Source of the DNA: Myxococcota bacterium
GTDB taxonomy: Bacteria; Myxococcota_A; SURF-8
Reading direction: 5' to 3'
Assembly (NCBI GenBank): GCA_963674735.2
Contig: CAXXQS010000001.1
Span: 864,001 to 928,000, forward strand
DNA: 64,000 nt
Both the position numbers and the translations under genes were made by a program. This document shows positions 40,845-49,288 of the stretch, piece by piece. Positions within the stretch are counted from its first letter, which is position 1. Each line of letters starts with the position of its first letter. A model generated the notes under the pieces. The model did not search any database, was not told the origin of the DNA, and saw only the letters and a program-made list of their open reading frames with translations.

Positions 40845-41621
40845 CTAAAAACATTTCCCACCCGGCGCGTAGGCCAGCGCCGTTTCTTTTGGTTTGAAGG
40901 TGTAGCTCCCGTCCTTGAATCGATCAACGTGCCGCACGATGCGCATGGGCATTACATCCGTGAAACTGTAAAACGTCACTGTGACCGTACTACCCTTACG
41001 CGATACATTAGGTCGCCAGTCGTCTGATTTTCCCTTTTCCCAGTGCCACGCTTCAAGCATTTCCGGATCGTAGCCGAAAAACGAGTTCTTTTTGTCCATT
41101 CGAAACGGATCGGTGTCGAGCACAATGTGTTCGCCCCAGGAAATGCCGTGCCAGATTGCACCGAATTCGGCCAGTTCACGCGCTAGGATGGACGCTTCGA
41201 GATAGGAGCGCAGCGACCCGTCGCCATTGATGGCCTGCATGTAGTCGTCCAACGAACCAGGGACAATGGGCGGTTCGAGAAGAACGTCCTCCCGGCGCTC
41301 GCATGTCTCAGGATCGGGGAGTGGCGTTGATTCCGGCATGGCGTATACGAAGGCGTTGCCGTTGAATCCTTCGCGGAATTGGTAGGCGCGCAGGACGTAA
41401 CCCTCACGTACATGCAGCTTGGGGAAAGCTTCGATAAGCACTATCGGACTGGGCGTACTCTCATTCCAACCCTGCGGGCCTTCCATGTCGATTTCGCCCA
41501 AACGGTTGGCCTTATTCCGCCAGCGCTTGATTATCGTGGCGGTGAAGGATTGGGAATGAGAAGTCGTTGTTTTCATATCCTCAACACAGTCTTCCGGCAG
41601 ACAGGTACGGAGCCCCGTCAA
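40845..41621 (-). CDS. Hypothetical protein in the defence cluster
   Basis: 258-aa ORF packed between mcrB and the HEPN gene; no recognisable motif. Confidence 0.6.
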   Translation of the reverse strand: MTGLRTCLPEDCVEDMKTTTSHSQSFTATIIKRWRNKANRLGEIDMEGPQGWNESTPSPIVLIEAFPKLHVREGYVLRAYQFREGFNGNAFVYAMPESTPLPDPETCERREDVLLEPPIVPGSLDDYMQAINGDGSLRSYLEASILARELAEFGAIWHGISWGEHIVLDTDPFRMDKKNSFFGYDPEMLEAWHWEKGKSDDWRPNVSRKGSTVTVTFYSFTDVMPMRIVRHVDRFKDGSYTFKPKETALAYAPGGKCF

Positions 41622-41627
41622 TATTCT

Positions 41628-43250
41628 TCACGTTTTCCAATCATCTTCCCATTCCGGTAGATAATTGGGCATCACCAATTTATCTTCGCGCTGGGATTCT
41701 CTTCGTGTCTCTTCCGAGTGAATAGAAAGGCAAAGGTAGATCAACGCGGCTCTTGCCAGTTTTAGAAGTTTGATCGTCTTCCGTTCGAAATCGGTTCGGT
41801 ACATGTGGTAAGCCAAGGTATCTGTTATAGCCCTGCCTATTCGGTCTTCTTCTGGCGGTAGTCCTTGCCATTCAGGGTTATGCAATTTGAAATATTTATG
41901 CTCAAGATGATTGCGTATTTCGTTGAGCTTCTGCGCATCCGGTTCAATTGAATTTTGGAAAGATTCATCTTCATAAAAAAAGTCTTTACTTAGCCAAAAT
42001 AATCCCCTCAGAGGCCAATTTTCATTTTCTTGAAATTGTTTTCGAACTCCAAGCTCCTTTTTCGGCTTTGCATTTTTTCCCGGGGTGTTGTACCAAATGG
42101 TTCGAAAATCCACGAGTCGTTCAGAAACTTCGAGTTCGAAATATCGATTCATGAAGTACGCGATTTTATCGAACAAGGAATATGTAATTCTAAAGGAAGC
42201 CTTGATTTTTTCTACAGCAATACAAAACGCTGGATAATCAAGCGTGTTGTGCACTCTTACTTGTTTGTCTGAATAATGGGCATCAAAGGAAGCAAGCTCA
42301 GTGCCCTCGTAGAATAAATATCGTGCTGAAACATATTCTTGTTTCAGCTGATCGAAGAATGCCAGGAAATGTGGCCCCTCATCGATACCCACAGTAATCG
42401 AAGGTAATGAAAGAACATCTCTAGCCGCGATTGGATATGGACCTAAGTCATTAAGAATGTTGAGGAACAGACAAAATTCTAAGCACCATTTCCGATACTT
42501 ATTTTCATCAGAGGTATCCCCGAGAGGAAAGGAATCCAAATCCCAAGTTTCCTCTAGCACATCCTGGTTTGCTCTATCCTCGATCCACTGTTTGGTGTGG
42601 GAAAAACCCTTTTTAGCTCCGCTGTGAAAATGAGGATCATCGTCAATTTCCATTGCTTGTGAAAGAAATCTGTAGGCTTGATTGATGAATAGAGACTGGT
42701 AACCCTCATCGGATAAGACACGTCCGTACCAGAAAAGACCATGTCCAAGATTCCCAACAGCCATTGCAAATCGTGGATTCAGTTTGATTGCTTGTTTCCA
42801 AAAAGGAATGGCTTCCGAGCAACGTCCCAAGTGGATGAAAGTATTGCCGGTATTGGTGAGCATTTGACATTTAAGTTCGGAGGGAATATCTGTGGCGCTA
42901 TCAGCCCACATAAGTGCTGACCTCTGATGCAAGATGTCTTTTTCAATTTCCTTCTGATCCCAATGCCATCCTTCGTCGCTGCCTCTGAGTTTTCCGAGAT
43001 ATCCCCATGCATTACCCAGGAAATAATGGCATTGGGATAGCTGGGAATCACTGGTCAGTATTTCCAGGATAGAATTGCCAACTTCAATTGCTCGTTCAAG
43101 TCCTTCCTCATTACGCAGATCCCAGCTTAAATCCGTAAGTTGCCCCAATAGCTTCAAAGCTTTTGATGGTGGGCATGTTGACCAATCTTCGATCTTCATG
43201 AGCTCTTGATGATATTGCCCATATTCACTAGGATCCAATGGTTTACTCAT
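41628..43250 (-). CDS. TPR plus LA2681-family HEPN domain protein
   Basis: TPR motifs (NTGNTFIHLGRCSEAIPFWKQAIKLNPRFAMA); LFLN.LND, KQEYVSAR, YSLFDKIAYF.N.YF, HEPN RxxxxH motif RNHLEH. Confidence 0.8.
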   Translation of the reverse strand: MSKPLDPSEYGQYHQELMKIEDWSTCPPSKALKLLGQLTDLSWDLRNEEGLERAIEVGNSILEILTSDSQLSQCHYFLGNAWGYLGKLRGSDEGWHWDQKEIEKDILHQRSALMWADSATDIPSELKCQMLTNTGNTFIHLGRCSEAIPFWKQAIKLNPRFAMAVGNLGHGLFWYGRVLSDEGYQSLFINQAYRFLSQAMEIDDDPHFHSGAKKGFSHTKQWIEDRANQDVLEETWDLDSFPLGDTSDENKYRKWCLEFCLFLNILNDLGPYPIAARDVLSLPSITVGIDEGPHFLAFFDQLKQEYVSARYLFYEGTELASFDAHYSDKQVRVHNTLDYPAFCIAVEKIKASFRITYSLFDKIAYFMNRYFELEVSERLVDFRTIWYNTPGKNAKPKKELGVRKQFQENENWPLRGLFWLSKDFFYEDESFQNSIEPDAQKLNEIRNHLEHKYFKLHNPEWQGLPPEEDRIGRAITDTLAYHMYRTDFERKTIKLLKLARAALIYLCLSIHSEETRRESQREDKLVMPNYLPEWEDDWKT

Positions 43251-43256
43251 CCGGCT

Positions 43257-46200
43257 TCACTTCCTCCCCACCGGCATCCGGGGCGGGGCCGTCTTCCACA
43301 TCAGGTCGATTTCCTCCGGTGTCAGGCCGTAGGCCTGGTTGACGAGGTCGGCCAGGCGGCGTTCGTGCTGTTGGGCTTCGGCGGCGCGGCGCTGCATGGC
43401 GGGGACGGTCTCTTCATAGGCCTCGCGCAGTTCCTTCACCCCGCTAACACTCAGCTTGCCCGCCGCTTTGGGGCGGCGCTTCTTCACTTCGGCCATGAAG
43501 GCGTCGAAGTCCAGGGCGGCGGCGTCTTGCAGCTTCAGGCCCGGCTTGTCGATGGACTGGATCTGCTTCAGCCAGTCGAGCAGGTCGCGCTGGGCGCTCT
43601 GGTTTGCGCGGGTCAGTTCTATCAGCGCCGCCACGCGCTCCTCGGCCTCGGTGCGGATGGCCTCGGTGGGCGGGGCGATGGGGAGCGTTTCTGTAAAGGA
43701 GTAGATCAGACGAAGCGCCTCATCTTTTCCGTGGATGGCGTTCCGCCACATATAAGCCCATAAGACAGGGGAATTCACAACAGCCAATAAATAGAAATCT
43801 TGGGAAGGCCATGCATAAGCAGTGTTTACGAGATACATAGGATGATCGATAAATGCAAACTGAGGACGCCAGGCAATATCAGTATGAATAATCTTGGGGG
43901 TTTCGAAGACTTCGTAGTTTGCACACGCACGTAGTTCCCACCAATATTTACCTTTGTCTTGTCGCTTCTTCATCCTAGATTCGTTTTCTAGGAAGTATCT
44001 GCAAATACTTGGATAGCATGACTCAAAGGATGATAGTGCTTGGGCTTCATCTTTTCCAGACCAAGGCCATCCTCGATCACTGCTTGATGGGATTACGATC
44101 ATATACAAATCTGACCAATCGGGGTTCCATCTTTTAATGTTGGTTCCTCGTAAGCACGGTTTGATTAGTTCTTCAGCGGCTGGATGCTCTTTCACCAATT
44201 CAATTCGTTTGGAAGTATCGATAAGGAACACATCATTGATACCTGTCAATATCCCTCTGAATGGACTGAAATTCCCATACTCTTTAAGATTGGGCCCAGC
44301 GTTGCGAATCTTCTCCATTAAGTCGTCAACGGCAGGGTTCTCCAAACTCCACGCCTTCTCCGAAAAGCGCGACCAGGGCACCTCGTAGCCATGCTGGCGG
44401 ACGAACTGCTTGAGGTTGATGTCGGCCAGCTTCTCACGCGGCACGGGACAGACGACCACCGGTGCGGCGGGTTCTGGCTTTGGCATCGCTTTCTCAATGG
44501 GCGTGTCCGGCTTGCGTATCGACACGATGCAGGGGAAGACATCGGCATCCTCAAAGATGGGCGCGTGGCCGAAGTCGAGGATCTGCTCGAAGACCGTGTG
44601 CTCGGCGAAAAAACGCCGCAGCGCTTCGCCGTAACCGGACTTCAACCACTTGTTCGTCACGATGAACGACAGCACCCCGCCCGGTTTCAAGACCTGCACG
44701 CCGCGCTCGTAGAAGTAGGTGTACAGATCAGCAACGCCGTCGAAAGAATGGTAATGCTCCTTCAGATACGGCTTGATGGGCGAGAGCAGTTCCTGGCGCA
44801 CGTAAGGCGGGTTGCCGATCACCACGTCGAAACCGCTTGAGTCATGGTCTCCATCGGCGAATACAGCCGCGAAGCGCGCCCGCCAGTCGAAGGGCGTCTC
44901 CGAATAGGCCGGATCGTCCACGATGGAGTCACCCTGCTGGATGTTGTCGTCCAGGAAGGTCAGCGGCTTGCCGCGCTCGGCGGTCTTCAGCCACAGGCTG
45001 AGCTTGGTGATCTCCACCGACTCCTTCGAGAGATCCACGCCATAGAGGTTGTGGTTGAGGATGGTCTTGTTCAGGTCGAACAGGCTGCGCTGCCCGCCCT
45101 CGAAAGCCGCCAGCGCGTCGTTGACGCGCTCGTACTGCGCCAGCAGATAATCGAAGGCCGCGATCAGAAACGCGCCGGAGCCGCAGGCCGGGTCCAGCAC
45201 GCGGGTGCGCTTCAACACCTCGTCGCGGTAGGCCTCCCAGAACTCACGCTCGGCCTTGGCCTGCTTGCGCCCGTGCGCCTCGGGGATGGCGTCCAGCCCG
45301 ATACGCTGGCGAAGCTCTTCCTCTTTGCGCCGCAGATAGCCGCCCAGCGCCACGTCCACGATGTACTGCGTCACCATTGCAGGCGTGTAATAAACGCCCT
45401 GGGTCTTTCGGCGGCCTTTCTTCTTGTCGAAATCCTCACCGGACGCGGCAGCTTTCAGTTCCTCCAAGTCGGTGACCGACTGCTCGAAGATGTGGCCCAG
45501 CACCTCAACCGACACGTCCGTGTCGAAGTCGTAGCGGGTGATGGCATTCAACTCGTCGCACAATTCGTCCGGCAGGCTGATCTGCTCATCGATGACCGGA
45601 TCGGGCTTGAACAGCCCGCCGTTGTAACCGGGGATGGGCGGGTTGTCGTTGCCCTTGTCCACCCAGCGAAAAACCGCCTTGTAGCGCGTCCAAACGGCGG
45701 TCGGATTGTAGGGATCCTTGTAGTCGTGCGCGGTCTTGATCGTATTCGGCGGCAGCAGCCCGCGATCCTCGCAGAAGGCAATGAACAGCACGCGGTCGAG
45801 GATCTTCTGCGCCGTCTCGATCATGGCGGCCTTGTCGCCGTCGGCCTGCTCGGTCAGGTATTGCACAAGCTTCAGGCGCGTGTCCTTGTACTCGGCATAG
45901 AGCGCCTTGGTGATGGCCTCCTCGGCGTTATCGGATTCGCGCAGCAGCGCATCCACGCGGGAATCGCCGTCCGGCTTGGCTTCAAGCGGCAGGAAGTTCT
46001 CGGCGCAGAGCAGAAAATAAAAGCGCCGGAAGACGGCTTCATCAGCCAGGTCGGCCAGCTTGAAGCGCTCGTAGAAGGCGGGCGTCTTGCTGGTGCGGTA
46101 CAGGCGAATTTCGCGGTAGTTGCTGACCAGCACCCACTTGCAACCCTCGGTGTAGTTGGCGTAGCGCCAACCCTGCTCGACGGCGGATTCCGTGCGCCCG

Positions 46201-46610
46201 GAGGCGGGACGGTCGAGGTTGTTGACCGCGCCCTTCAGTTCGATTGGCGCGACGATGCGACCCTTGAGGCGGGTGGCCTTGCTGGCGGATTCGGTGGCGG
46301 TGAAGAAGCCCAGCGCGCCGTCAGCCGAGCCGCCGCCATCGGAGATATGCGCCTCGGCATGCAGCGTCCAGGCTTCGCCTTCGCCCTGGATGACGGAACG
46401 ATAGCCCAGCACCTCGCCGAAGATGTCACGCAGAAATTCGCCGTGTAGCGAGACCTCCTTGATGACGTCCAACGTACCGCGCTCCAGCGAGGTGATCCAG
46501 CGCGCCACCACGGCCCGGCGGGCGTCCATATCGGACGGAAAGGCAAAGCCCGCCATCGCTTTGGCGAGCGTCTTTTCATGAAACAAGGGTTTGACGTGAC
46601 CTGTGGGCAT
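43257..46610 (-). CDS. Type IIG (Eco57I-like) fused restriction endonuclease / N6-adenine methyltransferase
   Basis: N-terminal AD..ELK nuclease motif; YNGGLF; GVYYTP; VLDPACGSGAF; IGNPPYVRQE; C-terminal TRD. Confidence 0.9.
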   Translation of the reverse strand: MPTGHVKPLFHEKTLAKAMAGFAFPSDMDARRAVVARWITSLERGTLDVIKEVSLHGEFLRDIFGEVLGYRSVIQGEGEAWTLHAEAHISDGGGSADGALGFFTATESASKATRLKGRIVAPIELKGAVNNLDRPASGRTESAVEQGWRYANYTEGCKWVLVSNYREIRLYRTSKTPAFYERFKLADLADEAVFRRFYFLLCAENFLPLEAKPDGDSRVDALLRESDNAEEAITKALYAEYKDTRLKLVQYLTEQADGDKAAMIETAQKILDRVLFIAFCEDRGLLPPNTIKTAHDYKDPYNPTAVWTRYKAVFRWVDKGNDNPPIPGYNGGLFKPDPVIDEQISLPDELCDELNAITRYDFDTDVSVEVLGHIFEQSVTDLEELKAAASGEDFDKKKGRRKTQGVYYTPAMVTQYIVDVALGGYLRRKEEELRQRIGLDAIPEAHGRKQAKAEREFWEAYRDEVLKRTRVLDPACGSGAFLIAAFDYLLAQYERVNDALAAFEGGQRSLFDLNKTILNHNLYGVDLSKESVEITKLSLWLKTAERGKPLTFLDDNIQQGDSIVDDPAYSETPFDWRARFAAVFADGDHDSSGFDVVIGNPPYVRQELLSPIKPYLKEHYHSFDGVADLYTYFYERGVQVLKPGGVLSFIVTNKWLKSGYGEALRRFFAEHTVFEQILDFGHAPIFEDADVFPCIVSIRKPDTPIEKAMPKPEPAAPVVVCPVPREKLADINLKQFVRQHGYEVPWSRFSEKAWSLENPAVDDLMEKIRNAGPNLKEYGNFSPFRGILTGINDVFLIDTSKRIELVKEHPAAEELIKPCLRGTNIKRWNPDWSDLYMIVIPSSSDRGWPWSGKDEAQALSSFESCYPSICRYFLENESRMKKRQDKGKYWWELRACANYEVFETPKIIHTDIAWRPQFAFIDHPMYLVNTAYAWPSQDFYLLAVVNSPVLWAYMWRNAIHGKDEALRLIYSFTETLPIAPPTEAIRTEAEERVAALIELTRANQSAQRDLLDWLKQIQSIDKPGLKLQDAAALDFDAFMAEVKKRRPKAAGKLSVSGVKELREAYEETVPAMQRRAAEAQQHERRLADLVNQAYGLTPEEIDLMWKTAPPRMPVGRK

Positions 46611-46891
46611 CCGCTACCTGCTTGAAAGAAAATATCCCAATCAAAACCAACGCTTGCAATATCGTCTACGGTGAATCGCCCCTGGCTGCTGCTTCCGAAT
46701 CAGTAGGCAAGTTTATAGCATTTATGGGGCAAAGGCGGAAAGGAATTTATGTGGAGTTATCGAGGGGATAGGTGATCAACGAAGGGGTGTGACTTACTCT
46801 GGCACACAGCTTTGCTGCTATTCTTAAATAGACAATCGGCTTGTCCTGGCATAGGATACGAAACGAAAACATTTATAATGGGAGAACGGAT

Positions 46892-47107
46892 ATGAAAGTA
46901 AACCATCCAATTTTGGGCAAAGTCAAGCAATTTGATAGAACCCCTTTGCCAGAGAAACTTTCTGGCTGTTCTTTCGACACCAAAGCGGGGTTCTGGCGTT
47001 TCGAGAGTGATGGAAGTTGCATGATGAGGTCAAATGATCCATCAAGACCGGTCTGCGGAACCAAAAAGAAAGACATTGAAACAGGTGAAGATGAAAAAGG
47101 CGAATAA
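46892..47107 (+). CDS. Graspetide (ATP-grasp-modified RiPP) precursor peptide, 71 aa
   Basis: GGAGA RBS; C-terminal core TKKKDIETGEDEKGE rich in T/K donors and D/E acceptors; TAATG overlap with the ATP-grasp gene. Confidence 0.8.
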   Translation: MKVNHPILGKVKQFDRTPLPEKLSGCSFDTKAGFWRFESDGSCMMRSNDPSRPVCGTKKKDIETGEDEKGE

Positions 47108-48063
47108 TGGATGTTCTTTCTCCTGAGATTCTCTTAATCTCAAATACTCACGATTATTCCAGTGACTTGGTCGCAGCTGAGCTTCATACTCGAAAAGCAA
47201 AATACCTTCGCTTAAATCGCGATAAATTCAACAAAATGGAACTGATCTTATTCCCTTCTACCCCACTTATCAAGGGGCGATGGGAAGATATTGATTTCCA
47301 AGTAAGTGCGGATGTATTGAAATCCATCTATTTTCGGGCTCCGGTATTCCTGCGGGATAATTATCAGCCTGATCTGCTTCCAGAAGAACAATTGGCGAGG
47401 GGACAATGGGCTGCTTTTCTTCGAGCTTTGACAATCTTTGAAGATGCCACTTGGGTTAATCATCCCATGTACACGTACCAAGCTGAGGTAAAGGCTTATC
47501 AACTCAGAATCGCTCAGAAAGTGGGGTTTAGCGTTCCAGAAAGCATTGCGACCAATTTCCCCAAACCCTATGCGAGTAACAGGGACTGGATCGTAAAAAC
47601 GATGGAGCCAATAATCCTGAGATTTGATAGCAAAGAAGGATTTATATATACGAACTCTGTCGATAGCGAAGAACTTGAGAACGGTGACTACTCTTCAGCT
47701 CCTGTCATGATTCAGGAAAGAATTGAGCCGAAAGTTGATGTCAGAGTTACAATTATCGGCGAGAAACTCTTTCCTGTTTCCATCAAGAAAAATGGTTCTG
47801 GGATTGAGGGAGATTGGCGTCTGCAGAAAAACGATGTAGTCTATACTCCCATTGGCCTGCCAAAGGATGTTCGGAATATGATTCACGAATTGATGAATAG
47901 ATTGAATCTCACCTTCGGTGGAATGGATCTTCTGTTGCAGGATAACAAGTATTATTTTCTGGAGGTAAACCCAACAGGTGAATGGGGATGGTTGATGGAT
48001 AACACGGGAGCGCCGATAGACAAGGCAATTTGTGATTATTTGATGGGAAATTCCAATGTATAA
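47107..48063 (+). CDS. MvdC/MvdD-like ATP-grasp peptide ligase
   Basis: ILLIS..D, YLRLN, WVNHP..AEVK.YQL.IA..VGF.VP, IQERI..K.DVRVT, DWR, FGGMDL, FLEVNPTGEWGW. Confidence 0.9.
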   Translation: MDVLSPEILLISNTHDYSSDLVAAELHTRKAKYLRLNRDKFNKMELILFPSTPLIKGRWEDIDFQVSADVLKSIYFRAPVFLRDNYQPDLLPEEQLARGQWAAFLRALTIFEDATWVNHPMYTYQAEVKAYQLRIAQKVGFSVPESIATNFPKPYASNRDWIVKTMEPIILRFDSKEGFIYTNSVDSEELENGDYSSAPVMIQERIEPKVDVRVTIIGEKLFPVSIKKNGSGIEGDWRLQKNDVVYTPIGLPKDVRNMIHELMNRLNLTFGGMDLLLQDNKYYFLEVNPTGEWGWLMDNTGAPIDKAICDYLMGNSNV

Positions 48064-48664
48064 CTATTTTGGAAATGCTTGGAATTGGATACTTCAGGAA
48101 ATCGTGCCGATATTGTACGCATATAGAGTGGAGAAAATACTCCTTACCAAGCACGAGAATATTCACGTTTCTTCGTACTCTATCGAGGAATTGACAGATT
48201 ATTCGGAGTTATCTCAATTTATACAGGGACAACTCTCATTAGAAGATGAACGACGAAAAACAATCGATGAGAAGGCTAAATCTTCATTGGTTTCCATCAC
48301 AGTTGTAATCGCCGTAATGCTGGCTCTGCTTAAAGACGGGGCCAGCGTAGGCCTCCCCTTTGGGATTTTAATAATGCTTGCCATTTTGTGCTTTTTGTTT
48401 GCAGTTATCGGAGCGGTTAAAGCAATCGAAAACTTGCCATACGCCCAAGTTACCGTTGAGGATCTGATCAAGGAAAATGGTTCTTCGCTGGAGCACAAGA
48501 AGATTTGCGAGAAGGATATGTTATTGGAATTTTACAAATACTACAAAGCCAACTCTGTATTAAACAATAACAAAGGAAACTTTGTTGATTCGTCTTTCAA
48601 ATCCATCAGGAACGGGGTCATTCTCCTGTGTGCCGCCATTGTTTTGACAATGCTTTTGCCTTAA
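48056..48664 (+). CDS. 3-TM membrane protein (Pycsar-effector-like topology)
   Basis: E.ERRKTIDEKA followed by TM1 and TM2; soluble loop; NNNK..V followed by TM3; overlaps the ATP-grasp stop. Confidence 0.65.
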   Translation: MYNYFGNAWNWILQEIVPILYAYRVEKILLTKHENIHVSSYSIEELTDYSELSQFIQGQLSLEDERRKTIDEKAKSSLVSITVVIAVMLALLKDGASVGLPFGILIMLAILCFLFAVIGAVKAIENLPYAQVTVEDLIKENGSSLEHKKICEKDMLLEFYKYYKANSVLNNNKGNFVDSSFKSIRNGVILLCAAIVLTMLLP

Positions 48665-48679
48665 AGATAAGAAGGCGGT

Positions 48680-49018
48680 CTACCCCACCTCCTCCAACAC
48701 CCGCTTCACCACCTCTACAATCATCTTCTGATGGGCTTTTTTCGCCGGACGCAGGAGTTCGCGCATCTCGGCCATGTGGGGATAGGTTCGAGATTTGAAA
48801 TCCTCGTCCGCGATGTCGAACAGCACCGTCATCTCGACATCGATGGCCTGCGCGATCTCGTAGAATTTCTCCACCGACGGGATCGAATGCCCACGCTCCA
48901 GGCGGCTGATGGTTTCCACTGCCACATCGACTTTCTCGGCTAATTTTTCCTGAGTAAGCCCCGCGTCCTTGCGGAATCGCCTGACACGATCTCCCAGTAT
49001 TTTCTTGATATCCGGCAT
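48680..49018 (-). CDS. XRE-family HTH transcriptional regulator
   Basis: LGDRVRRFRKDAGLTQEKLAEKVDVAVETISRLERG; AGGAGGTG RBS before the ATG at 49018. Confidence 0.88.
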   Translation of the reverse strand: MPDIKKILGDRVRRFRKDAGLTQEKLAEKVDVAVETISRLERGHSIPSVEKFYEIAQAIDVEMTVLFDIADEDFKSRTYPHMAEMRELLRPAKKAHQKMIVEVVKRVLEEVG

Positions 49019-49288
49019 TGCACCTCCTGTTTCTATTGAATGTCGCCGATCGGCAGACGAAAGAACAGGAGGTGAAATGATTGATAATTGTCTATTATAG
49101 GCGTATAGTGTTGTCTTGATGGATAAACTTGATGATCTTGGTCGGATGAAAGCCGGAAAACGGACCGGAACGCCTACCGTTGCAGCGAAAAACACGGCCA
49201 CATTGTCGATAGAAAAAACACCCGGATTTCGGGGATAAGAACTCTAAGGAACTGAATTTACATGGGATACAAGAAAAGGAGGGATGCG

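Noticed and set aside
44844-46448. Long antisense ORFs (e.g. 44844-46448, 49853-51358, 25143-26435, 23238-24374, 6525-7490)
   Set aside because: They are shadow frames of well-supported GC-rich genes on the opposite strand and have no motifs of their own.
46800-46816. Sigma54-like TGGCACACAGCTTTGC upstream of the graspetide precursor
   Set aside because: The GG-to-GC spacing is 11 nt instead of the required 10.
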